This document shows positions 38,633-50,818 of a DNA stretch of 64,000 nucleotides, piece by piece. Position 1 is the stretch's first letter. Each line of letters opens with the position of its first letter. A program made the position numbers and the translations under genes. The notes under the pieces were generated by a model, which ran no database searches, had not been told where the DNA came from, and saw only the letters and a program-made list of their open reading frames with translations. The DNA comes from a virus (Duplodnaviria; Caudoviricetes), in IMG/VR virus record IMGVR_UViG_3300028591_000010, positions 42,374 to 106,373 of that record; one strand, written 5' to 3'.

Positions 38633-41600
38633 ATGGACGAACAATTATATACAAATAAAATAAACGAGTTTGTTGACTGGGTGTCCGGTGAAAATGTTTT
38701 TACTGGAGAGCAGGTTACAGGCGGATAGAAAGTGTCTGGAGGTAGCATTAGGGAATTATTACAAGAAAGACTTAGACATCCTATTGTAGTAGACGAAGAC
38801 CAAAAATAGAACTTATATAGGTTTTTCTCTAGTGATACAGCTAAAAATTTGTATTATGAAAATCCTTCTGATAATGCCGGATTACAGTTATTTACTGTAC
38901 CAAGGCCAAGTGACTACACATTAACCCTTACTATTTCGAACGATGGAGACAGATACGTTAAGTTGGGTGACGACGTTACAGATAAAACAAAAATGTAGTT
39001 CACGTGGAAGATTCATAACGATAGAGAAGATGATACTTCCGACATACTTAACATAACGTATGTAATAACGAATGCAGACGGTTCTTCATATACATTTACT
39101 CGTAGACGCAATCATCATTAGGCAGAGGACTATTCATTATACGAATATATTAAACCCGGTGTAAATAACGTTTCTATAGAAGCAAGGGGAAGTTCTACTG
39201 GAGCTTTACGCACCTTGAGTTTTAAAATAATAGTACTTGATTTACGTGTAACGTGTAATTTTAATTTTGCAGGAAGTCATGCTAGAAACGAAGCTTTGCG
39301 TATACCTTATACATTCTACAGAAACAATACAGATGGTACGGCAAAGATATATTTCTGTGTAGACGGTGTAGAACTACCTTAGGCCACAGTCGACGTATTT
39401 GAAGGCGGATAGTTAACAATTGAGGATTCCGGTAAAATGATAAGTCCTACATTGACTGCAGGACAGCATTCATTATAGGTTTATGCGTTGGCCAATTATG
39501 ACGGTCTTGATGTATATAGCAATATATTGTATTTTACATTTGTAATAGATTCAAATGAAGCAGGTGCTATAGATAAATTTATAAACGTAGCAACTTCTTT
39601 AACTAGTGGTATACCTCCATTTAGTACTTTAACATTATCCGGAGTATAGTATTATGCGTCTCAATTAAGATGGTCGTATTATACATATGCAGCTAATACT
39701 GATACAAAACTATCTATAACTTGGAAACTTCTTGAAGGAGAAAACGATCAAGATCCGCAAGTATTTTCACCAATAGACGCACAGACTGGTTATGAACCAG
39801 ACGCACTGGACTATACACCTATTATATATACAAAAACAGAATAGCTGTATTTAGCTGCATATTATACAGCATAGGGAACAGAGACGTAGTTGATTAGAAT
39901 ACCAATACAGATAATTCAGAATAACACTCTTAAGGATATATATGAGACTGACAACTATGAATTAAAGATGTCTGCATATGGCAGAACAAACGGAAGTGCA
40001 GATAGAGCTGTATGGAACGATGTAACAGATACAATAACTACTACGTTTACAGGAATTGACTGGAACCCTAATTCAGGATGGTATGAGAATAGTTTTAGAA
40101 CATCTGGTATCGGTCATTATGCTGTAATAAATTTTGAACCTTTCTCCACGTTTTCTTTCGAATATGGTAAAACTATAGAAATAGAATTCGAATCGGAGAA
40201 AGTAAATGACGCATCTGATAAACTTATAGTTATAGGCAATCCTGATGGTGCACGCATTGAGATTACTCCTAATACAGCTACATTATATGCAAATAAAGTA
40301 TTTGATTAGACTTTATAGGAATATGTTGATGCTGAAGTAGTTCATACAAACTATAAACCAAACGAAAGAATAAAGCTCGCATTCATCATAAACAAAGAAG
40401 ATGAAGATGTATCTAAGAGATCAGTAGACGACGGGCTCGCATATATAGTAAACAACGGCATTCTCGAAAGAGGATCGTTAGCTAGCGGTAGATCGTTTAA
40501 TACAACTGGAGCTCTCGATGGACTTGGGAACCTTGTTTCTTGCAATATTAAAATAGGCGGATCTAATAGCGGCGTAAGAGTATATAATATAAGAATATAC
40601 GATAAATCAATATCATATTCAGATGCCTATAATAATTTCGTATATGACAGCAGCGATAAAGTATCTATAGTAAAAAGAAATAATATACTGAATCAAGGCG
40701 AAATATCTTTTGATTAGTGTAGAGATATGATTGATACTATAGTCATTACTGGAGATCTTACTAACATCCTCGATCAAACAATGGGCAAGGACGAGTCTAC
40801 TACAGATGTAATGATAGAACGTTATTGTTATTATGACGAAACAAAAGATTTCTAGATAGGTGATATAATAGATGATCCTGAAAGACCGGGCAAACAAAAA
40901 GTTGTAAACGGTTGTCAAATAAGAAAACACGGACAATCTACGCTTAACTATCCTATCGCATCAATGAAGTTCTGGATGAACAAATCTGTATCGGGAGAAG
41001 TACCTATTTTTGAAAAGACCGGCCAAAGTAATATGATGCTTAACAAAAATAGGTATAAGATGAAAAATGGATCTATACCTGCTAATAAGTTTGTGTTACA
41101 AGCCAACTATGCAGACTCATCTGGTGTGCACAATGGAGGATTACTCAGACTCATACAAGATTCTTGGTATAATGCTAGAATAGAAGGCGTAAGTGATCCT
41201 TATAAGCTTAGAACTCTGCCATAGTTATTTGCTTCTATCAAATCAAACGAGAAATCTAATTACGGATTAAAGCATGTATGGGCAGATTATTTTCCAAAGA
41301 ATGACTTCCCATATACTATAAGAATTGCTCCAGATTCATTTCCATGTGCAGTATTTTATAAAGATTTGAGCGGTTCGGGCAAACATGTGTTCTTAGGACA
41401 ATATGTTTTCATGGATGATAAAAAATCTGATTTCTGTTTCGGAGAACGTTCTATATATAAAGTACAAGCGGATCCATTTTGTCTTACTGTTACCCATAAA
41501 GATGAAGATACTAATACCAATAAAATTTGGGATAACAGTAACGTACTTCAAATAGAAGTACTTGAGATTAATAAAAACTATTCATCTTATATAACAGATC

Positions 41601-44600
41601 AAGGATTTGATACATTCTCGGGTAGTAGATATGGATGGGAATCTCAATTTGAGATGATATATCCAGATCCAGATGACATAGAAAAAGATGACTAGAAGAA
41701 CGGATTAAATAAGGGTAATCCTAATTCTAAGTTTGCAAAAACAGCTAAACCGTTCGTAGATTGGTACAAATGGTTAATAAGTACTAGAAACAACCATCAG
41801 AAATTTAGAGACGAAGCAGCAGACCATCTTGACCTATATAAGCTTGCGGCATATTATATATTTGTATTAAGATTTGCACTTGTTGACTCGTTAGAACGTA
41901 ATGCTCAGATTAAAACGTATGATGGCGTACACTTCCATTACGAACCTTGGGATATGGATATTGCCTTAGGTAATAAGAACGATGGTGGTATCGCATTTAA
42001 TCCTCCTGTAGATCGTAATACTAAGTTGAATACAACTACGTATGCCATATCTGGTAGATCTGCAGATTAGAATGGAAACATTATAAGTTCTAACTGGTTG
42101 TGGGATGCTCTTGAAGCGTGGCCAATGTGGATGAACGAAATTGTTCCAAAAGTGGCAGATGCTTTATTTAAAACGGGTATACTTACTTACGATAATGTAA
42201 GTAATATGTTTGATACAGAATATGCGAACAAGTGGTGCGAGATTATGTATAACAGAAGTGGCCACTTTAAGTATGTAGAATCTGCAGGTGGCGATTTTAC
42301 TCGTTGGCTCGGGTGGTTACAGGGAGCTCGTATGTCACACAGACACTGGTGGTTAAGTACTTCAATGGACTATTATGACGCAAAATGGTTCTGTGGTGAT
42401 TATAAAGCACACAAAATATATCTTGCAGCAAACGTATCAGCTGACCCTAATAAATACATTAGGGTAACGCCGAACGGTTCTACATATATGACTGTAACCG
42501 TAAACCAGCTTGATGAAAACGATAACGAAATAGAGGGTAGTGAAGAAGTAGATACCACAAGAGAAGTATCAAAATAGAATCCTTTAATATATAGTATGGA
42601 AGACGGAGCTAGTACAAAAGCTCCTATACACATATACGGTGCAAACTTTATGGAATCTATAGATATGAGTGATATTGCTACCGGTATAGATGGATTAGAC
42701 TTAGTTGGTACATATTCTGAAGTATTAGGCGCTCCTCTTAGAGAACTTAATATAGGTACTCCATTAGTAGGAAGCGGTAATTAGTTTACAACAATACTTA
42801 GTCCATCTACATGTGGTGTATCTCCTGTTCAAAGTGGCAAAAATGCATTCTAGAATCTTGAGACGTTGAATATTCGAGGACATAAGCACCTCGGTAACGT
42901 ATTACAGTTCACGTTTGGTATCAATTAGTGGATTAGAGACTTAAACATGACTCAGCTCAAGAATTTCTATGCTATGGGCTCTAATCTAATTAACTTTTAT
43001 AGTTCTAACGACGGTAATAATTTTAACGATATAGAGCTTCCTTCATCTGTATCCATATTAAATATAAAGAACTCTACATGGAACAACATGACGTTCTGGG
43101 ATACTATAGAAGGATAGAATGAACAAGCTACTCTAAATTATCATCAAACAGAAATAGATACTGGCATATATACAAATATACCTCCGACTGTAAGTGAGGT
43201 GCACTTCTTAGGATCTACAGGTAGAACTAGAGAATCATTGTTATTTATTAGAGAGTGGATTAAATCTATTGTAGCAACTTATGGAGAGAGTGCTCTTTCT
43301 AATTACACTCTCGAAATGGATGATGTATTCTGGTCACCTGATGTAATAGGAAATGATAATGATCTGCTTACGTACGACGAACTCAGACTTATATCTAAAA
43401 CAAGTGGCGGACATCCTAATATTAGAGGATACGTTATGCTGAAATACGAAGGAGCTGGAACAGAGCTTACCTCGCAACAGCTTACAGAAATACGTAACTG
43501 GTTTGGAGATTCTGTATTTACTAAAGGTTCAGCTGGTCTTGTAGTCGACTATAAACACGATTATATTCAGATAAATATTGGTGGTGATATCACCATAGTA
43601 AACGGTGATGTTTATCTAACAGAAGGAAACAATGCCATTCTTAGTGCTACTGAATTCCATCTTGCTGAACCAGATCAATAGAGTTTGTAGAACTACGTAT
43701 GGGCATTAAGTGAACATGGATCTGCTCAAGCATCTCCGTAGATATATGGTGTGAGAATAGAACAGTCTGAACGTGATCACAACTGGTATTTGTTAAGTTC
43801 TGAATCATAGGTTGGTCATGATTACCAAGTAGACGTAAAGGTTGCTGCAGGAAATATTACATATGTAGCTACTATAAATATCATAGCTGCTAAATATCCA
43901 TCTTCTGTGTTTATCGATGTACAACAACCCACTACCGGAGCAGGTAATGTATCTGTTATTAGAACAGTAGGCAATATTGTTACGTTGCATCAAAACGGTA
44001 TGTAGTGTAATCTGTTTATGTCTACAAATGATAATTCTTATACAGCATCTATAAACAGTATATTATACACTATTACTGACGGGGAATATACAACTACATA
44101 TTCTTCTACAGCAGGTCCTACTTGGAGTGGCGATTTATATAATGTGGGAGATCATCTTAATATACAAGAGAATACCTAGGCACTTGGTATGAATAATACT
44201 AAATGTATTAAAGCTACTGCTATGGGTGTTCCTTACGATAACACTATATATGAGTATACTGTGACGGCAGTTATTGAATTTACATCTAATAAGAGAATGA
44301 CTGCTACTAGAAGAATACTTGTTATGAACGATGGTGTTGCTGTGGTTTCTGTAATGCAAGAACACATATATAGCGCGTTCTCAACTGCTTGGAATACTTA
44401 GTTTGGAGAACAATTGACCAAATCATAGTTATATAGAACAGATTTGTTATCAATGACCGGCGCTCTTACATTCAATACCAGCGTCGATAATATAATAGCA
44501 TATTCTGGAACATCTTCAATACTTGCATATTTGCCTAATATAACAGATCTTGTATTTGATGGAAATGCTAATTTAACGAGTACGTTCACCACATTGTCTA

Positions 44601-45292
44601 ACGAAACGATAGATCAGTTCATATTTAATAATACTCCAAATTTATAGACGTTATCTATACAAAACTGTTCTAATCTTACGGATGATATAGACTTGAGCAT
44701 GTGTCCTGAATTGTTAGAAGTTGATGCTTCTGGAACAACGATTAATGTAAATATTCCCACAGGTTCTAAGATAACTAAATATGAGCTGGGACTTCCCACT
44801 GAAGTTAATATTATTAATCCTACTGTATTACAACCTAGTGGAGTTGAGTTAGATGGGTATAAAGACATAACGTCTTTGGATATTAGAAATATACCTAATA
44901 ATAAGACTTACGCCATGTTTGGTAAAATAATGTAGAATTATTTTGGTAAAATACTTCTTTATACAGCGTATGATTATAGTGGCGGTAAAATACAGGAAGT
45001 AAATGGATCATATGCGTCTGGCAGCTGGTGTACTACACTTATAAATATAGTTGGACATAATAATATTAAAGCTACTTTTGATTCAACCGGTATTATTGCA
45101 ACTATTGTTGAGTAGGATAGAGAAAATATATGGAGTTGGATAAATCATACATCTCCTTTTATTGTATCTATTGGAGGATGGTCTGATAGAGCTTATTATA
45201 TCAGATTTGAAGGTGCTATGAGTTATTAGCCAACTTACTTTAAAGTTGAAGATACAGATACAAATGAAATACTATTTTATTGGAGGGCTTAA
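38633..45292 (+). CDS. Giant (~2200 aa) protein with CotH-kinase-like and leucine-rich-repeat regions (many in-frame TAG)
   Basis: All plus-strand ORF fragments from 39890 to 44935 share one frame; motifs QANYADSSGVHN, FLGQYVFMDDK, FALVDSLERN and PWDMDIALG; TAA at 45290. Not every internal codon was checked. Confidence 0.78.
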
Positions 45293-45295
45293 CAT

Positions 45296-47521
45296 ATGAC
45301 ACACTTAAATATACAACAAGGATAGAATATAGAGGTAGTAAGTACTAACCTTATAAAGAAGTTATATGAAGCTGCTTTATCTGTACCTGAACCATTAGAA
45401 GGAGAGTAGGATGCTGCATATATGTCTGGTAATCTATAGGTAGATAAGAGTTATAGAGCATAGGTTGAGTATTTGACTAATAGATTTGATGATCTGCATA
45501 TAAACGTAACAGATAGCTATTATATACCATTTGAAGATAGTGCTGTATTAAACGTATTGCTTGCTAATAATATAGGATCTGATGGCATTGGAATAACGGA
45601 AGCAGAAGCTGCCAATGCTACTCTTACAAATAATACATTTAAGAACAATACTACTATTACATCGTTTAATGAATTTTCTTATTTTACTAGAGCAAATATT
45701 AATCCAGTAAATAATTTATTTGAAGGATGTACTAATTTAGAGGAAGTTGATTTATCTTAGGCTACAAAAATATCAGAGGGAGAATTTTTATCATCTGGAA
45801 TAAAAGAAGTATATGCACCATCATTAATAGAAATAGGATAGGCCGCTTTTAGAAATAGTTCAGTTGAAACAGTAACTTCTTTAGGTAACATAGTAAGTAT
45901 TCCATTTGGTTGTTTTATGTATTGTAATGATTTACAAACAGTACAATTACCTAGTTCAGTAACAACTATTTCTCCTGGAGCATTTTCTGTATTAACTAAT
46001 GGTGTTAGTAGTCTTACTTATATAAATTTAAATAATGTAACATCAATAGATAATTCAGCGTTTACAAATTGTAAATTATTAAATATTGATGCTTCAGATT
46101 TATCTAATTTAGTATCTATAGGAGGGGAAACTTTTTCTAGTTGTTTTAGTATTCATGGAGAATTAAATATGCCCAATTTAATATCTGCAGGAAATAAGTG
46201 TTTTAATAGTTGTAGTAGGATAACTAAAGTAAAATGTTTAGGTAAAATAACAACTATTCCAGAATTTTTTATGGTTAAATAGTTTAGTTCTGGAATGGCA
46301 TTAACTGAAGTTTATTTACCTTATGAATGTACATCAATTTAGTGGAATGGTTTTAATGGGTGTTCTGCATTAACAACAATTAAACAATATACACAATCAG
46401 TAGATAATTGGGTTAATGGAGAACCTTCAAGTTACGGAAGAATTACTAGAATAACAGCTTTCGGAGATTAGTGTTTTTAGAATTGCAGTTCCTTAACTAT
46501 CACAACAGAAGATATTGAAAATGCGGTTACTATTGGGATGAGTGCTTTTGCAAGTTCTGGACTTACCGGAAATATAAATCTTCCTAATTTAACATCGCTA
46601 GGACAATACGCATTTTATGCGAGCGGAGTAACAGGAGCTACTGATCTTGGAAGTATTACAGAAATCCCGCAGTATTGTTTCTAGTATTCCGGATTGTAGT
46701 CAATAACACTCCCTAGTACTTGTACTACTATAAAAAGTAGAGGATTATCTGATATGACTACTCTTACTACTGTAAATGGTATGTCAAATGTTACTACTAT
46801 AGAAAGTTATGCTTTTTATAATGATACTAATCTAACGTCTGTAGCTGGATTATCTAATGTTACTAGTATTGGAGAAGGTGCATTTTATAATTGTCCTATT
46901 ACTGGAACACTAAATCTTCCAAATCTTGTTTCTTTAGGAAATATTGCATTTCGATAGACCAATATAACAAGTGTATAGAATTTAGGATAGGTTTCCGAAA
47001 TAGGAGATCCTTTTTGGAATTGCCCTAGTATTACAGAAATAATTTTACCTACTACATTAAGAAAATCGGGATGCTTTTATAATACACATGTATCTAAGCT
47101 TATATATCCTTATGGATATACAGAATAGACTGCATCATCTCTGTGTGGAAATCAACAAGGAGCGTATTTATAGTATATACAATTTCCTAGTACTATAACA
47201 AAAATAGTACTTGACGATATGTATAGAGACTCTGGAAGTAGTAGAATTACTTGTCATGTTGTCATATAGGCTACAACCCCTCCTAATACAAACAGAAATC
47301 CTTCTGATACTGAACGTGCTGGCCTCGGATGGGGATGGGGAGATCCAAGAAATGCTAGATGGTATGTCCCAGATGCAGTAGTAAATACATACAAAGCAGA
47401 TACACAGTGGTCTTCTATTGCAGATTATATATTCCCAATATCTCAATTGGAAGCAGATTCTCCTACTTGTTGGGCTTGGTATCAAGCAAATAAAGATTAC
47501 GGAGTACCTGCACAATCATAA
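45296..47521 (+). CDS. BspA-type leucine-rich-repeat protein (TAG read-through)
   Basis: Repeated LPSSVTTI..AF and VTSIGEGAF..C units; fragments 45473, 45917 and 46754 share a frame; TAA at 47519. Confidence 0.82.
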
Positions 47522-47548
47522 CAGAACCTCAACTGTCTAAAATGAGGA

Positions 47549-47590
47549 TGCATAGAATGGTTAACGTAGGTTCGATTCCTACCTATGCAC
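47549..47590 (+). ncRNA. Minimal mini-tRNA (minihelix with 10-nt linker)
   Basis: TGCATAG-AATGGTTAAC-GTAGG-TTCGATT-CCTAC-CTATGCA. Confidence 0.75.
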
Positions 47591-47599
47591 AATAAATAT

Positions 47600-47702
47600 T
47601 GCGAGGTAGCTTAATGGTAAAGCTGGAGACAAGTGCTTGTAAACGCGTTGTGGCGGCAAGTGAAGGAGGCACCTGTAGATGGTTCGATTCCATCCCTCGC
47701 GG
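47600..47702 (+). ncRNA. tRNA-like RNA with normal acceptor, D and T arms but an expanded anticodon domain
   Basis: TGCGAGG/CCTCGCG, GCTT-AATGGTA-AAGC and GATGG-TTCGATT-CCATC, with a ~54-nt middle domain. Confidence 0.7.
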
Positions 47703-47768
47703 CAAACAGACCAACTGTATAACTGGTTACTAATTAACTTTATTTACTAATTAAACTAAATTAAACTT

Positions 47769-48650
47769 ATGGAAAGTTCTAAGATTATGATGTTCCCTGA
47801 GATGGGAAGTAATAGCATTGATCCAAATCTGTTGATGGCTTTAAACAATAATGGTGGATTTGGTGGTAACAACTGGATATGGATTCTGTTCCTGTGGCTC
47901 ATTTGGGGCTGGGGAGGTAATGGTAACTGGGGTGGTAATGGAGCTAACGGCTTCCTTTCTAACCAGATTGCTAATGACTCCGGTCGTGAGCTGCTTATGA
48001 ACGCTATTCAGGGTAATGGTAACGCTATACGTGATATCGCTACTATGCTGAATACTGAGGTTCAGACTGTGCAGAATGGTATATTCACATTGAACAATGC
48101 TATTACTTCTGTTGGTACTCAGGTGGGCATGAGCGGATTGCAGATCTAGAACGCTATCCAGAGTGGTAATGCATCTATCGCAAGTCAGATTTGTCAGTGC
48201 TGCTGCGAGAATAGACTGGCTATTGCTAACCAGACTAACACACTGCAGTCACAGATGGCAGCTGCTCAGGCAGCAGATCAGCTTGCTGTATGTCAGCAGA
48301 CTAATACACTCTCCACACAGGCAGAGCGTAATACTCGTGACATAGTAGATGCTATACAGAGTCAGAGTGTTATGATCAACGATAAATTCTGTGATCTTGA
48401 GAAGAGAGAACTGCAGGATAAGATCAATACTTTGACGGCTGATAATGCTCTGTTGCGTTCTAATGCTAATAATGCTGCTCAAACTGCATTCATTAACGAG
48501 AAGTTCAATACTATTAACGCTGAACTTGCTGCTATTAAAGCTTCACAGCCTAATACAATTCCTGTTCAGTGGCCTAACGTACAAGCTGTAAACACTACTC
48601 CTTATGTGGGTAACTTCTACGGTTGGGGTTCTAATAGCTTCTGGAATTGA
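47769..48650 (+). CDS. Gly/Asn-rich membrane-helix plus coiled-coil protein (single TAG at 48147)
   Basis: ORFs 47769 and 48255 share a frame; WIWILFLWLIWG and QCCCENRL motifs. Confidence 0.8.
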
Positions 48651-48668
48651 TTGAGAAAGGAGGTACTT

Positions 48669-49025
48669 ATGTTTGGTACTACTAATTATCCATTCAATTT
48701 CTCTAATAGAAGAGGAATTCCTATGTTGGAAAGTACATCTGTCACTGTAACAGATGACAACGTGGTACTGAATCTTCCGAATAGAGCTTTTAGATGGTTG
48801 AATGACAAAGGTGTTATTTTATTCCGTTTAAATCAGCCTATTCCCGAAGGTACAACCGGAACACTTCCAGTACTATTTTCATCCAACGATTTTACACAAC
48901 CGCTGACGAATATCGGAGGTACAGCTATTACTGCTGCTCAGATAACTGGCACAGGTGTATACCTTATCTATTACGATAAAGGTGCTAACCTGATGCAGTT
49001 AATGACAACCGCTATTCCAGCTTAA
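48669..49025 (+). CDS. Hypothetical protein
   Basis: ATG 48669 preceded by AGAAAGGAGG. Confidence 0.7.
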   Translation: MFGTTNYPFNFSNRRGIPMLESTSVTVTDDNVVLNLPNRAFRWLNDKGVILFRLNQPIPEGTTGTLPVLFSSNDFTQPLTNIGGTAITAAQITGTGVYLIYYDKGANLMQLMTTAIPA

Positions 49026-49050
49026 TACTAACTTTTAACTTTATTGAATT

Positions 49051-49350
49051 ATGGTAGTTATTGAAATGCGCGAAGCCGCACAAGAAAGAGCTCTTGATCT
49101 CGTAGACGAACTTCACGAGTTAGGTCATGAGAAGAAAATGATTTTATGTGAGCTCGAAGATACATTGTATGATTGTTTTGAAACTCCTAAAGACGAGAAA
49201 GAGGAAGGGTCTGATGAAGGCACTGACCTCGGTTTCAAGCGTCGTTACGCAATGCGTAACTTCAACGAAGATGAGGACAGAGATACAGAGAAAGTCCATC
49301 ATTATCGTAGAATGCGTATGCGTAGAAATAGGATGGGTAGATATGTATAA
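49051..49350 (+). CDS. Hypothetical protein (acidic, with an Arg-rich C-terminus)
   Basis: Intact 99-aa ORF. Confidence 0.7.
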   Translation: MVVIEMREAAQERALDLVDELHELGHEKKMILCELEDTLYDCFETPKDEKEEGSDEGTDLGFKRRYAMRNFNEDEDRDTEKVHHYRRMRMRRNRMGRYV

Positions 49351-49405
49351 TTAATTGTGCACTCGGGGGCTACGGCCCCTGACAATGCACATAAAAAGTA
49401 ATAAT

Positions 49406-49903
49406 ATGTTTTCAGGATTAAGACAAGGTACAGCTCTTTACGTATTAGATAAGAGCAAAGAACCTAAAGTTATGACGGGCTATGTGGAACGTATAAGTGC
49501 TCCACACCCTATGTATCCTAACTACAACCCATCTGTAAGCTTTGGAGCAAACCTTCAAACTATTGTAGATGTGACGGTTAAGTTGGGCGATGAGAGAAAA
49601 GAATTTATGGGTGTACCTAGTACAGCTGTAATTCATTCTTATGGTGATTACGTACTTAGTGAATCTAAAGATAGTATGATTCAGGAGGTTACTACGATGC
49701 TAGAGAACAGTAAAAGTATTCTAGCTAATGTAGACCAACACAAATCTAACATATCAGCTTGTGAGAAGATACTTAAAGAGTTGAATCCAGTATACGCTAA
49801 AGAACAAGAAAGGGATGAAGCAATAGACAACATCTCTGGACGTATGGATCGTATAGAGGATATACTTGCTAGGCTTGAGAACAAGTTAGGTACGTAGATA
49901 TGA
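49406..49903 (+). CDS. Hypothetical protein
   Basis: Reading TAG 49895 through gives TGA 49901-03, which overlaps the next ATG (ATGA). Confidence 0.7.
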
Positions 49904-50295
49904 TAGCCCAATACATAAAATTAGGAGACAAAGGATGGAACGTTCTAGTGTACTACGGTGTACATAGAGAAGACTTTATTGAAGTAGAGGACGCCCTTAA
50001 ATAGTTGGGGTGCTCATATAGAGATATACGTAGATCTTTAAAAGTGTTAACTAAATAGAATACTGGTTTTACGTTTAGTAACTCTGATTATAAGATGAGT
50101 ATAATATGTGTAGGTCCTTCTTCAGATGTAAGTCAATTTGTGAACACTGCTATACACGAAGCTAAACACGTTCAATCCCATATATGTTCATACTACGATA
50201 TCCCAGAGAACAGCGAAGATGCCGCGTATCTAATCGGGTATCTAGTACAGAGAATGTACAAAATGTTCTCTAAGATAATAAAATAGTATGTTTGA
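49900..50295 (+). CDS. HExxH metallopeptidase-like protein (3 in-frame TAG)
   Basis: MIAQYIKLGDKGW...AIHEAKH...SEDAAYLIGY. Confidence 0.72.
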
Positions 50296-50806
50296 TATTA
50301 AAGGTGATAAAATTTCTCTCGCAACAGAGGACTTGGCTATACCTCCATTCAGAGAGCATTACAACAATGCTAAAGACAAGTCTTCTGCTGTGAAGGAGAT
50401 AGAATATGTAATATGGCTATACAAATGGAATACTCCATATGAAGCATATCCTCTAGAGACGAGGGCTTCGACTGTAGCCAAAGATATATTTGGGGATGAG
50501 AAATATATACCCACTGAAGAAGTGAAAGCTCTAGCAAAGCGGTTCTTAGAGTTTCAAGAGACTCCTGGAACTAGGCTACTATCAGCTTCACAAACTGCAG
50601 CAGAAGGACTTATAGCAGCTTTAAATGACTATTCTCAAGGGAATATGGACATTGATACGGCCATTAAAGTTACGCGTATATTAAAGGACGTAGGTAACAT
50701 TGTTAAGTCTTTAGATATAGCAATGAAACAAGCTAAGGCAGAACAAGTAGATGCAGGTAGAGTTAAAGGTGGTGGTATAATTGGAAGATACGAAATACCT
50801 AGGTAA
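50288..50806 (+). CDS. Hypothetical late protein
   Basis: Intact 172-aa ORF; function not recognised. Confidence 0.7.
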   Translation: MFDIKGDKISLATEDLAIPPFREHYNNAKDKSSAVKEIEYVIWLYKWNTPYEAYPLETRASTVAKDIFGDEKYIPTEEVKALAKRFLEFQETPGTRLLSASQTAAEGLIAALNDYSQGNMDIDTAIKVTRILKDVGNIVKSLDIAMKQAKAEQVDAGRVKGGGIIGRYEIPR

Positions 50807-50818
50807 AAATATTATAAT

